Part shown: positions 52,723-62,380 of the stretch, piece after piece
Layout: each line of letters begins with the position of its first letter
Numbering within the stretch: the stretch's first letter is position 1
Assembly (NCBI GenBank): GCA_963806225.1
Contig: CAWDXG010000001.1
Coordinates: 672,001-736,000 of the forward strand
DNA length: 64,000 nucleotides
Reading direction: 5' to 3'
Source: an uncultured delta proteobacterium
Lineage (GTDB): Bacteria; Myxococcota_A; Polyangia; Polyangiales; Polyangiaceae
Program-made: the position numbers and the translations under genes
Notes under the pieces: generated by a model
The model's database searches: none
Told to the model about the DNA's origin: nothing
Seen by the model: the letters and a program-made list of their open reading frames with translations, nothing else

Positions 52723-54486
52723 TCATCGGCTGGACTTCCGGCCGTTCCGGCGTGCATTGCGCTGGTAGGCGGAGAGGAAGAAACGCGTCGCGTGCGGGGC
52801 GGCTCCAGCGCGGAGCAGCGCCTCGAGCGCCGTGACCGGAACCGGATCGGACGCGAGCTGCTTCCGGAACACCTGGCGGAGCTTGCCGTCGGTCATGCCG
52901 TCGCACCGGTCCAGCTCCTGCAGGGCGTCTCTGCGCGCAACAGCTATCGATGGGCTACTGTTCGCGGCGTCGATCGGTTCGCCGGCGGCCAGCGCGGACG
53001 AGAGCAGCCCGAGCGAGCTGCCCAGAGCCGGCGGATAGTGGCGGACGACCCTTCCGTACCACTCCACCGCGCAGTCGAAGCGCCGGAGCATGAAACAGCC
53101 GCGCGCCACCTGCCGTAGCTTCGCCGGCTTGTCTGGAAGCGGTCCGAGCTCGAGCGCTCGCGCGTACTCATCCAGAGCCGCTCCCGGACGATGCTCGAAC
53201 ACGAGCGCATCGGCGAGGCGTTCGTGGGCGTACTCCTCCTGTGGGTACTGCTCCACGGCGGCGTGCCAGACCGAGGACGGGCTCGCCCACACGAGCGACT
53301 GCGCAAAGGACAAGGGCGCGTACCCGACGACGAGCGCCCCCACCAGAGCTCCGCCCAGGCGCTTCGAGCTGCTCGCCACGTGTTGCACGCCGAGACCCGC
53401 CAACAGCGCCAGACCCACCAGCGACAGATAGAAGTAGCTGTCGGCGGGCCCGCGACGCATCGGCAGAAGGCCGCTCGCCGGTGCGAACGTGACCACCACC
53501 CAGAGCAGGGACAACAAGACGACGTTCCGCCGGCGCAGATCCCACATGCGTGCGGCTAGAGCGAGCAGCATCGCCCACGCGCAGACCGCAGCCACGCCCG
53601 CGATTCCCCAAGTCGAGCCGAGCGAGCGCGGGAAGTACTCGAGGTAGACGGGGCTCAGCCACAAGGGAGCCGCCACATTCCTGAGCTGGAGCGCGAAGTG
53701 CTGCGCGGCAAACGCCAGGGATGCGGGCAGCGAGCGCTGCAGCATTCCGCCGAAGGCTTCGTGCAGATGCATCGACAGCGCGATCCAGAGCGGAGCGAGG
53801 GCGAGCTCCGCCGCCGCCAGGCGGCCCAGGTGCTGCTTCAGCAGCTCGCGGAGCTCCCGGCGGCAGGCCGCATCGACCAGCACCAGTGCCGGCAGGACGA
53901 TGCCAATCGGTTTTGCGCCCACGGCGATCACGAAGCCAGCCGCGTGGACGGCCAGCCAGCGGCCGGTTCGATGTCCCGACAGCGCCCGGCGCGCCGCCCA
54001 GTAGCCCAGCAGCACGCCAGCCGCCGCCAGCAGATCCTTGCGGCCCGTGCACCAGCTCACCGGCTCGGCCACGATGGGATGCAATGCAAACAGGGCGGCC
54101 GCGGCGAACGAGCCCGCCCAGCCGATGCCATGGCTCCGGGCGATCCGACGCACCAGAAGTACGTTGATCACCTGCAGCGCAACGTTGCCGAAGTGGAACG
54201 CCCACGCCGCGCCGCCGCCCAGGGCGTTGTCGAAAGCCTGGGTGACAACGGTCAGTGGCTGCGGATAGCCGAGGCCTGGTGTCAAGAGCAGCGCGCCCAG
54301 CCCCTGCGACAGCGGATGGCGGACCAGCGGATTGCCGAGGATGGCCTTCGGGTCGTCCCAGTTCGTGAAAGGAAACCCTAGAGTCCTGCCAAACGCGACC
54401 ACGACCAGGAGCACCAGCACTGCGTCGCCGATCAGCCATCGGCGCTCCGGGTGCGTGCCCGCAGGTTCGTGGTCAGGGCGTCGCAT
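52723..54486 (-). CDS. TMTC-like GT-C glycosyltransferase with TPR tail
   Basis: FTNWDD after TM1, FHFGNV, LFALHP..AEPVSW..GRKD, ADSYFYL, W....VW, TPR-like helices. Confidence 0.8.
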   Translation of the reverse strand: MRRPDHEPAGTHPERRWLIGDAVLVLLVVVAFGRTLGFPFTNWDDPKAILGNPLVRHPLSQGLGALLLTPGLGYPQPLTVVTQAFDNALGGGAAWAFHFGNVALQVINVLLVRRIARSHGIGWAGSFAAAALFALHPIVAEPVSWCTGRKDLLAAAGVLLGYWAARRALSGHRTGRWLAVHAAGFVIAVGAKPIGIVLPALVLVDAACRRELRELLKQHLGRLAAAELALAPLWIALSMHLHEAFGGMLQRSLPASLAFAAQHFALQLRNVAAPLWLSPVYLEYFPRSLGSTWGIAGVAAVCAWAMLLALAARMWDLRRRNVVLLSLLWVVVTFAPASGLLPMRRGPADSYFYLSLVGLALLAGLGVQHVASSSKRLGGALVGALVVGYAPLSFAQSLVWASPSSVWHAAVEQYPQEEYAHERLADALVFEHRPGAALDEYARALELGPLPDKPAKLRQVARGCFMLRRFDCAVEWYGRVVRHYPPALGSSLGLLSSALAAGEPIDAANSSPSIAVARRDALQELDRCDGMTDGKLRQVFRKQLASDPVPVTALEALLRAGAAPHATRFFLSAYQRNARRNGRKSSR

Positions 54487-54487
54487 G

Positions 54488-55177
54488 CTAGTCGTCGTGA
54501 TCGAGAAGCTCCCCGCCGCGGAGCTCGAACGGGTGCACGCCGAGGCGCCGCAGCAGAAGCGCGTGGTTCGTGGCGACGACCATGGTGACTGCCGGGTCGT
54601 CGCGGTAGCGGAGCAGGATGTCGTGGAACAGCGTCAGCGTTGTGGCGTCGAGGCCGGTGTCCGGGTCGTCGAAGAAGACGAAGTTGGGCTCGAGCGCCAG
54701 CGCGCGGGCGAGCGCGATGCGCTTTCTCACGCCGAAGGACAGGTGCGCGGGCAGCGAGTGCATGTCGGCTTGATCGACGCGGGCCTCGCTGAGGGCGTCG
54801 CGCGCGCGCTGCTCGATGGCGCCGGAGTCGAGGCCCAGCACGTCGGCGTGGTAGGACAGGGCGAGTGTGACGTTGGACAGCGCGGATTGGTTGGAGAGCA
54901 GGCCGCCGTTCTGGAACACGAAGCCGCAGCGGACGCCGCTCTGGAACAGCGCGCTCGGTCGGTGCGGATCCGGTTCGTGTCCGTCGAGCAGCACGCGGCC
55001 GTTCGTCGCAGGAACAAGCCCGGCGCACACGTACAGCAGCGTGGACTTTCCGACGCCGTTGTCGCCGGTCACGACGAGCACGCTGCCCCGCGGTACATCG
55101 AGGCTGGTCTCGATCAGCACCGGCAGGTCGCCGTAGCTGAAAGACACCTCGCGAAGCGAGAGCCCCGCGTCGTTCAA
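54488..55177 (-). CDS. ABC ATP-binding protein, MlaF-like (degenerate motifs)
   Basis: GDNGVGKST, FVFQNGGL, LSFGVRKRIALARAL, FFDDP. Confidence 0.85.
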   Translation of the reverse strand: MNDAGLSLREVSFSYGDLPVLIETSLDVPRGSVLVVTGDNGVGKSTLLYVCAGLVPATNGRVLLDGHEPDPHRPSALFQSGVRCGFVFQNGGLLSNQSALSNVTLALSYHADVLGLDSGAIEQRARDALSEARVDQADMHSLPAHLSFGVRKRIALARALALEPNFVFFDDPDTGLDATTLTLFHDILLRYRDDPAVTMVVATNHALLLRRLGVHPFELRGGELLDHDD

Positions 55178-56040
55178 AATGGCCCCGTGCCCTGGAGCGG
55201 CGCGCCGACGATCCAGTAGAAGCAGGCGGTGACCAGTGTGTTGTAGGCGACGCAGCCGAACAGGCTGAGCATCACCGCGCGGCTCGCCTGCTGCGGCACT
55301 TCCGTCGGCGAGCTCTTGACCTGCAAGCCGTAGTGGCAGCTGAGCCAGCCGACGATGGCGCCGAGCCCGACGCCCTTGAGCAGGAAGAGCACGAGATCGG
55401 CAGGGCCGAGCGCCTGGGCGAAACCGGCACGCAGCGCGCTGAAGCTGGTCGAGGTGATGAACAGGCTCACGACGTAGCCGCCGAGAATGGCGACGACGCT
55501 GAAGTACACCGTGAGCACCAGCACGCTGACGACGGTCGCGATGATGCGCGGCAGCACGATGAAGCGCGGCGGATCGATGCCCAGAGAGGCGAGCGCCAAC
55601 ACCTCGGAGTTGGCGCGCATGTTGCCAAGCTCGGTGGCGATGGCGGTGCCGGAACGTCCGGCGACGACGATGGCCGTGATCAGGGGGGCGAGCTCACGCG
55701 GCACGACCGCCACGAGGATCTTGCCGAGCATGTCGGACGGCGTACCGGGAGCGAGGATGTTGGTCTGGATGATGATCGTGGCGCCGATGAAGATCGCGAT
55801 CAGGCTGACCAGCGTGACTGCCTGCACGCCGGTGAACTGGATCTGGGCAAGCGCGATGCGGCGCGCGGTCGCGCGCGCGCTCTCGCCGGGAGTCTTCACC
55901 GAGCCGAGCGCGTCGGTGAGCGTCGTCCACAAGGCGCGGTAGCCGCGCCAGGCGCGGATCGCGCGGCGGCCGAGCAGCGCCACCCAGCCCGCCTGGGGAG
56001 CGAGCTCGCTTCGGGGGTCGTAGGGCAGGGTCTGGCGCAA
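55174..56040 (-). CDS. mlaE: MlaE-family ABC permease
   Basis: RELAPLITAIVVAGRSGTAIATELGNM..EVLAL..LGIDP..VLPR. Confidence 0.88.
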   Translation of the reverse strand: MRQTLPYDPRSELAPQAGWVALLGRRAIRAWRGYRALWTTLTDALGSVKTPGESARATARRIALAQIQFTGVQAVTLVSLIAIFIGATIIIQTNILAPGTPSDMLGKILVAVVPRELAPLITAIVVAGRSGTAIATELGNMRANSEVLALASLGIDPPRFIVLPRIIATVVSVLVLTVYFSVVAILGGYVVSLFITSTSFSALRAGFAQALGPADLVLFLLKGVGLGAIVGWLSCHYGLQVKSSPTEVPQQASRAVMLSLFGCVAYNTLVTACFYWIVGAPLQGTGPF

Positions 56041-56043
56041 CGG

Positions 56044-57564
56044 TCAGCGTCCCAGGCGGGTGAGCTTCTGCAGGGACTCGCGGATCCCCGGATAGATTCC
56101 CATATAGACCTCGCGATACAGCTCGTCGTAGCGGTCCGCCGCGGAGCCGGGCTGGAACGTCTCGGCCGTGGAGCTCATGCTGCGCGCCGCAGCGGGAACG
56201 TCGGCGTGGAGGCCGGCACCCGCGGCAGCGAGCATGCCGGCGCCGAGCGCGGTGGCCTCGCTCTCGCCGGCGCGCACGACGCGCTTGTTCATCACGTCGG
56301 CGATGAGCTGGCACCACAGCGCGCTCCGTGACCCGCCGCCCATGGCGACGAGCTCCTCGATGCGCTGTCTGGAGGCGCGCTCGACGCCTTCGAGGTGCAG
56401 CCTCTGCTCGAACGCAATGCCTTCCAGCACGGCGCGGTACACGTGCGCGGGCCCGTGCCCGCCGTGCCAGCCGATCGTGATGCCGGCGGCCTCGTCGTCC
56501 CAGTAGGGATTCATCACGCCATTCCAGTACGGCACGAGCATCAGCCCGTCGGAGCCGGGCGGGATGCCCACCGCGCTGGCTTCCAGCTCGGCGAGCACGG
56601 CGTTCGTGTCCCGGGCGTCCCGCCCGAGGAGCTTTTCCACGAGCCAGGTCAGCGTGAACGTTCCGCCCTTGAGATCCGTCTCCAGAAAGAAGCTCGCGGG
56701 CGCCGCGCCGATCATGGTGCGGAAGGCGCGGTCGATGCGCACGTCCCGCGACAGCACGCCGGAGACGATGGCGGTGCCGAGGTTCAGATACGCGCGGCCC
56801 GGCGCGCTGATACCAGCACCGAGGCCCGCGGCCTGCCCGTCGCCGGCTCCTGCGATGACGGGCAGACCCGCCGGAAGGCCGCACGCGCCAGCCGCCCCCG
56901 CCGACAGCGTTCCGAGCGGCGCCCCGGGCTCGACCAGCTCGGGGAGCTGGCTGCGCTCGAGTCCGGCAAGCCCGACAAGCTCGTCCGACCAATCGCGCTT
57001 CTTCAAGTCGACCAGACCGAGCGGATCGGCGCTGGCGAGCGAGGTGGCGAAGCGTCCGGTGAGCCGCCAGACGAGGAATGCATGCACGTCGCAGAACCGG
57101 AATGCGGTGCTCCCGAGCTGTGGCTCGAGCTCCATCAGGAACAGGTGCTTGTAGAGCGAAGGCGTCACGCAGGCGGGCTTGCCGCTGATCTCGTGCAGGC
57201 GCGCTTCGCCCAGGCGTTCGATCGCGGTCTTGACCTGCGGACGGCAGCGCGCATCCATCCACGAAAGGGCGGGGCGGAGCGGGCGGCTGCTGTCGTCGGT
57301 GAGCACGAAGGTCTCGCGCTGGTGCGTCACGGCCAGAGCGCGAAGCCGTCCCGCGTCATTGCCAAGCGAGGCCACTGCGGCGCGGACGGCGGTCGTCGTC
57401 GCGCTCCACCACTCTTCGGCGTCCTGTTCCCAGGCGTCGGGCGCGGGGTTGTCGAGCGCGATCGGTGCGCGCCCTGCGGCCTTTCTGTGGCCCTCCAGAT
57501 CCCACGCGATGGCCTTCACCGCCGTCGTGCTGCAGTCGATGCCGAGAACCGTCGCGTCGTCCAT
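56044..57564 (-). CDS. FGGY-family carbohydrate kinase (xylulokinase-like)
   Basis: LGIDCSTTAVK, EQD, THQRET, WMDAR, GAGDGQ, LEGIA, GGGSRS. Confidence 0.92.
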   Translation of the reverse strand: MDDATVLGIDCSTTAVKAIAWDLEGHRKAAGRAPIALDNPAPDAWEQDAEEWWSATTTAVRAAVASLGNDAGRLRALAVTHQRETFVLTDDSSRPLRPALSWMDARCRPQVKTAIERLGEARLHEISGKPACVTPSLYKHLFLMELEPQLGSTAFRFCDVHAFLVWRLTGRFATSLASADPLGLVDLKKRDWSDELVGLAGLERSQLPELVEPGAPLGTLSAGAAGACGLPAGLPVIAGAGDGQAAGLGAGISAPGRAYLNLGTAIVSGVLSRDVRIDRAFRTMIGAAPASFFLETDLKGGTFTLTWLVEKLLGRDARDTNAVLAELEASAVGIPPGSDGLMLVPYWNGVMNPYWDDEAAGITIGWHGGHGPAHVYRAVLEGIAFEQRLHLEGVERASRQRIEELVAMGGGSRSALWCQLIADVMNKRVVRAGESEATALGAGMLAAAGAGLHADVPAAARSMSSTAETFQPGSAADRYDELYREVYMGIYPGIRESLQKLTRLGR

Positions 57565-57566
57565 GG

Positions 57567-58604
57567 CTAGCCGAAGAAGCGTGAGAACGGCATGTCGATG
57601 GGCGCGTCGTCCAACGCGACCTCGGCCATATGCCGGAGCAGCGGCAGCTCGTCGTGGCGCAGGCGTCCCTGGGCCTCGAGCGCGGGCAGTGCCGTGCGCA
57701 TGACGGCGAGGATGTCGAGGCATTCCAGCGTCGCCCCCTGCATCCGCCGGACCGCTTCGTCGCGTCCCAGGCCGAGGCCGAGCAGCCGCCCGAAGCGCCC
57801 GGTACGTCCGCCGTTGCACGTCACGTCGAGATCGCCGACGCCCGCCATGCCGACCGCGCTGTCCGGACTGCCGCCGAGCAGCTCGACGATGCGCTGCATC
57901 TCGCGCACCGACTGGGCGAAGACCGCGGACTCGTAGTTGTGCATGGCCACGCTGCCGGGCGCTCCACCGCCCTTTTCGTGCAGACCCTGCGCGAATGCCA
58001 TACCCATGGCGTAGGCGTTCTTGAGCGCTGCGCACGCCTCCACGCCGGCTACGTCCGCGCTCGGCCACAGGTGGTAGTACGGCGTGCTGAAGAGCTTTGC
58101 GACCCGCTCCGCCGCGGACAGATCGCGGCTCGTCACCACGACGCAGGTCTCCACGCGGCGCGCCAGCTCGCCCGCGATGCACGGCCCGGCCACCGCGACC
58201 GGTTCGATGCCCGGCTGGCCCAGGCCGTCGCGCAGCACGTCCGGCAGCAGAGCCAGCTCCGAATCGCCCCACTCCAGACCCTTGGTGATCATGGCGATCG
58301 GCACGTCGCGGCGCGCGTAGGGGGCGAGCTTTTCCGCGGCCCAGCGCACGCCCGGCGAGCTGACGCCGACGCCGATCACCTCGGCGCCCTGCATCGCCTG
58401 CTCGAGCTGCTCGACGGGGTAGGCGCGGATGCCGCGCGGCAGCTCGAAGGAGAGCTTGGGATGCACGCCGCTCTCCCGCAGGCTCTCGACGATTGCCCCG
58501 TCCAGGTGCGTGCCGACCAGCCGCACGTCGTGGCCCCGGTCCACGAGCGGTACGCACAGTGCGCTGCCCATCATGCCGGCGCCGAGCACGGTAATGCAGG
58601 TCAT
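57567..58604 (-). CDS. NAD(P)H-dependent glycerol-3-phosphate dehydrogenase-like protein
   Basis: VLGAGMMGSA, TKG, GPCIA, ALKNAYA, GVGDLDVTC..GR. Confidence 0.85.
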   Translation of the reverse strand: MTCITVLGAGMMGSALCVPLVDRGHDVRLVGTHLDGAIVESLRESGVHPKLSFELPRGIRAYPVEQLEQAMQGAEVIGVGVSSPGVRWAAEKLAPYARRDVPIAMITKGLEWGDSELALLPDVLRDGLGQPGIEPVAVAGPCIAGELARRVETCVVVTSRDLSAAERVAKLFSTPYYHLWPSADVAGVEACAALKNAYAMGMAFAQGLHEKGGGAPGSVAMHNYESAVFAQSVREMQRIVELLGGSPDSAVGMAGVGDLDVTCNGGRTGRFGRLLGLGLGRDEAVRRMQGATLECLDILAVMRTALPALEAQGRLRHDELPLLRHMAEVALDDAPIDMPFSRFFG

Positions 58605-58678
58605 CGTCCGGTACATAGCGGGGCGTTGCGGGGCGGACAAGGCGCTCCCGCGACGCTATGGTCGGTGTGGGGCCGCAG

Positions 58679-59428
58679 ATGCCGCGCATTACCTTCGTTG
58701 GAACCGGGGAAGCCTTCGATCCAGGCCTCCCGAACACGAGCTTGCTCTACCGGGGCGAGAGCACGTTGCTCTGCGACTGCGGATTCCGTGTGCCGCACGC
58801 CTTCTGGAACCTGACCGGCGATCCGTCGCTGCTCGACGCCATCTACATCACGCACCAGCATGCCGATCACAGCTTCGGTCTGCCCGCACTGCTGCTCTGG
58901 ATGCGCGAGGAAGGGCGCACGCGCCCGCTCGAGGTGGTCGGTGGACCCGGCGTCGGTGCCTGGCTCGAGAAGTTGCTCGAGCTCGGCTATCCCGGCTCCT
59001 ACGCGCCCGACCGCTGCTACCCGATCGAACCCCGTGAGCTTCGTCCCGGCGAGCAGCTCGAACGCGGAGCACTGTGGCTTTCCAATTCGAAGAGCGGCCA
59101 CGGCGTGCGCAACCTGTCGTTGCGCATCGACGAGAGCCCGCACAGTTTCGCCTACAGCGGCGACGGCGCTCCCAGCGACGCGACGCGCGCGCTGTACCGC
59201 GGCGTCGGGCTGCTCGTGCACGAGTGCTACGCCGCGGACGACGCGCCGCGCGGTCACGCGAGCGCCCGCGAGCTCCTGGCGATGGCGGACGAGCTCGGCG
59301 TCGGCACGCTGTGCCTGCTGCACATCGGGCGCCGCGAGAAGGACGCCGTACGCGCAGAGGTCGCGCGCTATCGCGGCGCTACGCGCGTGGTGCTGCCCGC
59401 CCCGGGTGACAGCATCGAGCTTCAGTGA
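58679..59428 (+). CDS. RNase Z-like MBL-fold hydrolase
   Basis: FVGTG, DCG, THQHADH, YSGD, LVHEC, LLH. Confidence 0.85.
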   Translation: MPRITFVGTGEAFDPGLPNTSLLYRGESTLLCDCGFRVPHAFWNLTGDPSLLDAIYITHQHADHSFGLPALLLWMREEGRTRPLEVVGGPGVGAWLEKLLELGYPGSYAPDRCYPIEPRELRPGEQLERGALWLSNSKSGHGVRNLSLRIDESPHSFAYSGDGAPSDATRALYRGVGLLVHECYAADDAPRGHASARELLAMADELGVGTLCLLHIGRREKDAVRAEVARYRGATRVVLPAPGDSIELQ

Positions 59429-60899
59429 CTCGCGCGCCGGGGCCGGGTGCCGGCTTCTTCGTGGTGTCCTTCTTTGGCGCGGCGAACCCCGGCAGATCGA
59501 TCTTCGGCGGCGCGGGCAGACCCGTGGGCAGCTGCGGCAGGCCGCTCGGCAGAGCCGGCAGGCCGCTCGGCAGAGCCGGCGGAGAGGCCGCGCTGCCGCT
59601 GGCACCAGGGACGGGTAGACCGAGGTCGCCGAGGCCGGGTAGCTTGGACAGATCGAACTGGGGCAGATCGGCGAGGCTCGGCAGCTTCAACGGCTTGAGG
59701 CCGCAGCCGACTCCGATGGTGCGCAGGACCTTGGCGTCGGAGAGCTTGCGCGTGTCGGCGTCGATCTTCACGACCACGGCCACGCTGCCGCCCAGCGCCT
59801 GGTGCGCCGCCAGCCCGAGCCAGTGCCCGACGGTGCGTCCCAGGTGCGAATCCGCCGCGGACTTTGCCACGGTTGCGCACGCCAGGCTGCCCTTCAGGTC
59901 GAGCTGGATGCGCGCGTGATCCTGCTGCCGGGTGACGACGCCCTTGCCACCCAGCTTGAACGAACCTGCGCCGAGCTTGATGTCGCTCAGCACCACCTGC
60001 ATGCGATCGGCGGCGATGCGGAACCTGGACTCTACCGTCGTCGTGTCGCCGAACACGATCTCGTCAAGCTCGCGCGGGTGGGGCGGCACCCAACCTTTCA
60101 GCGTGAGGTCGAGGTTGCCGTCGAGCGGACCTGTGCCGTCACCCAGCGCGAGCACCAGGCGGGCCTTGGCCTTGATGTGGTCGGCGGGGAGACCGAGCTG
60201 GAAGAGGTCGTTCAAACTCGAGAGCGGCGTCTCTTCGATGTCGATGCTGGCGCTGGGCTTGTCGCCGGCGTAGCCGAGCTCCACCCTGACCGGTGTGTTC
60301 GACAGTGTGCGCGCTCCCACGCCGAGCTCGACCTTGGTCGCGCTGCGCTTCCACACGGCATCCAGGCCGCCGAGATCATGGCTGGCCACGCTGACCTTCT
60401 TTGCGTTCAGCATGGACGCGCCGTCGCTGGCGTTGCCCAGTTCGCCCCCCTCCACCGAGAGCCAGGTGCCGGAGCCGTGCTGGGACAAATACACGAGTTT
60501 GATGCCGTGGGCGGCGAGCGGAGTGCCGGAGAAACTGCCGCCGTAGCGCTGGGCCCAGCGCGCCACGTCGAGCGCGATCGCCGCAGGCGCACCGGCCGCC
60601 TGCACGTTCACGCCGGTGAGCGTGATCTTCGAAGGCGTGAAGCCGTCCAGCTCGATGTCGGCGCGGGTCAGCTTGCCGGTGACGCCGCGCACTCCCGCGA
60701 GCTTGAAGCCGAACCCGTCGAGCTGGACCCAGCCCAGGCCGTAGTCGACCTCTCCGGCAGTGAGCTCGACGCCGCGTTCGTGTGCCTGGGCGATCACGTA
60801 GCGCGTGAGCAATGGTTTGATCGCGAGCAGCAGTCCGACGACGACCACCACCGCGCCGACTGCGATCACGCCGAGCGCGATCTTGATGCCCTTGCGCAC
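59379..60899 (-). CDS. AsmA-like N-terminally anchored beta-rich protein
   Basis: Single N-terminal TM, long amphipathic beta region, LPSGLP repeats at C-terminus. Confidence 0.6.
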   Translation of the reverse strand: MRKGIKIALGVIAVGAVVVVVGLLLAIKPLLTRYVIAQAHERGVELTAGEVDYGLGWVQLDGFGFKLAGVRGVTGKLTRADIELDGFTPSKITLTGVNVQAAGAPAAIALDVARWAQRYGGSFSGTPLAAHGIKLVYLSQHGSGTWLSVEGGELGNASDGASMLNAKKVSVASHDLGGLDAVWKRSATKVELGVGARTLSNTPVRVELGYAGDKPSASIDIEETPLSSLNDLFQLGLPADHIKAKARLVLALGDGTGPLDGNLDLTLKGWVPPHPRELDEIVFGDTTTVESRFRIAADRMQVVLSDIKLGAGSFKLGGKGVVTRQQDHARIQLDLKGSLACATVAKSAADSHLGRTVGHWLGLAAHQALGGSVAVVVKIDADTRKLSDAKVLRTIGVGCGLKPLKLPSLADLPQFDLSKLPGLGDLGLPVPGASGSAASPPALPSGLPALPSGLPQLPTGLPAPPKIDLPGFAAPKKDTTKKPAPGPGARVTEARCCHPGRAAPRA

Positions 60900-60975
60900 T
60901 TGTCGATGCCCTCCGCGCCCACCTTGGACGAATCGGCGCAGGGCGTCTACTTCCAGGGGAACGCGCCGCGGCCGA

Positions 60976-61788
60976 CTACCCGACCTTGATCGTCGGGCCG
61001 TACAGGCCGACGAGCAGGATGACGAGCGCGACCGTCGTCGCGAGCCGGTACCAGGCCCGGTCGCCGTCGCTCGGCGGCGGCGTGAGCGTGACCAGCGAGT
61101 GGCGGTCGACGATCCCCAGCGCGACCACGTTCGTCACGTCGAGTACCAGATGCAGGGCGATGGCGACCCAGAGCGAGCCGCTCAGCAGATACGCAGCGAG
61201 CAACATCCCGCCGCCTAGAGCCCAGCTTGCGGTCTGCGCGACCGTCACGCGGTTCGTCAGGGTGTGGATCGCGGTGAAGAGTACAGTGGACGTGATGGCC
61301 ACGGTCCAGGGGCCGGAGTCGAGCAGCTCGAGCGTGATGTAGCCCCGGAACAGCACCTCCTCCGCGGCCGCCACCGCGAGCAGCACCAGCAGCATTCCCA
61401 GCGCGCTGAGGGCGTTTTCCAGCGAAATTCCGCTGCGACGGCGCTCCACCGAGGCCCGGCCGGTGAGGGCCAGGACGGTCAGGAAGCCGATCGACACCCC
61501 GGCCACGAGCACGGTGCCGCCCGCCATCGCGGCGGCGTCCTGCGCGGTCGCGCTCAGCCCCAGCGCGCCGATGCTCCGATGATCGAGCAGTGCCAGCATC
61601 GCCAGGACGATGCCCACCACGACCAGATTCGCCGCTACGCCGAGCAGCATCACCCGGGCCGACGTCCGGCTGCTCATTTCCCGCAGATCCAAGTCTAGCC
61701 AACGCATGAGCCGCGTCGTGAGGAGCGCGATCCCGACGTAGGCCACGATAGCGAGCAGCACCCGCAGCCACGGAAGCAGAGAAGCCAT
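60976..61788 (-). CDS. CPBP (CAAX/Abi) intramembrane glutamic endopeptidase
   Basis: EEVLFRG, FTAIH, SLWVAIALH. Confidence 0.9.
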   Translation of the reverse strand: MASLLPWLRVLLAIVAYVGIALLTTRLMRWLDLDLREMSSRTSARVMLLGVAANLVVVGIVLAMLALLDHRSIGALGLSATAQDAAAMAGGTVLVAGVSIGFLTVLALTGRASVERRRSGISLENALSALGMLLVLLAVAAAEEVLFRGYITLELLDSGPWTVAITSTVLFTAIHTLTNRVTVAQTASWALGGGMLLAAYLLSGSLWVAIALHLVLDVTNVVALGIVDRHSLVTLTPPPSDGDRAWYRLATTVALVILLVGLYGPTIKVG

Positions 61789-61798
61789 GACATTGACC

Positions 61799-62380
61799 TC
61801 ACGCGCGGGTCGCGCCGGAGCTCCAGCTTCTGAACGCGGCGTCGAGACTGGCGACGACGCGGTCGAAGCTGCGGTCCACGTCCTGGGGTATCCCGAATCC
61901 GCCGGCCGATTCGAGGCTGACGAAACCGTGCAAGGTGCTGCGCAGGACCCGGGTGGCGTCGACCAGGTCGGCGCCGGACAGGCCATAGCCGTCGAGTACG
62001 GCGAAGACGATCTGCAGCACCGCCTCGCTGGCGGCCCGGAGCGCGTCGTCGCCGGATTCCGGCGCGCGCAGGGTCGCTGCGTAGCGCCCCGGGTGATGCC
62101 GCGCGTAGCTCCGGTAGGCGTCGGCGAGTGCGCGGAGCGCCGCGTTGCCCGACTTGCCTACGGCCGCCCGGCCCAGCTCCTCGGCGAGCTCGCGGACCGC
62201 CAACACGGCGACAAGGCCGCGCAGCGCATCCAGCCCCTTCACATGCTTGTACAGGCTGGGGAGCCGCACACCGAAGGACGCGGCGACGCCGGCCAGGGTG
62301 AGCGCCTCGTAGCCAACCTCGTCGGCGAGGCGGGCCGCCTCCTCGACGACCCGCTCCTCGCTGAGCCCGGCCCTAGGCAC
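61799..62380 (-). CDS. TetR-family regulator with WHG domain
   Basis: HTH ..GVRLPSLYKH; AY..YA..HPGRY; LHGF. Confidence 0.92.
   Translation of the reverse strand: MPRAGLSEERVVEEAARLADEVGYEALTLAGVAASFGVRLPSLYKHVKGLDALRGLVAVLAVRELAEELGRAAVGKSGNAALRALADAYRSYARHHPGRYAATLRAPESGDDALRAASEAVLQIVFAVLDGYGLSGADLVDATRVLRSTLHGFVSLESAGGFGIPQDVDRSFDRVVASLDAAFRSWSSGATRA

Noticed and set aside
56044..58737. 897-aa kinase with long N-terminal extension
   Set aside because: The extension overlaps the G3PDH-like gene in another frame; the kinase starts at 57564
60976..61788. CPBP/Abi protease as phage defence
   Set aside because: Context is a TetR-hydrolase operon; no defence genes nearby
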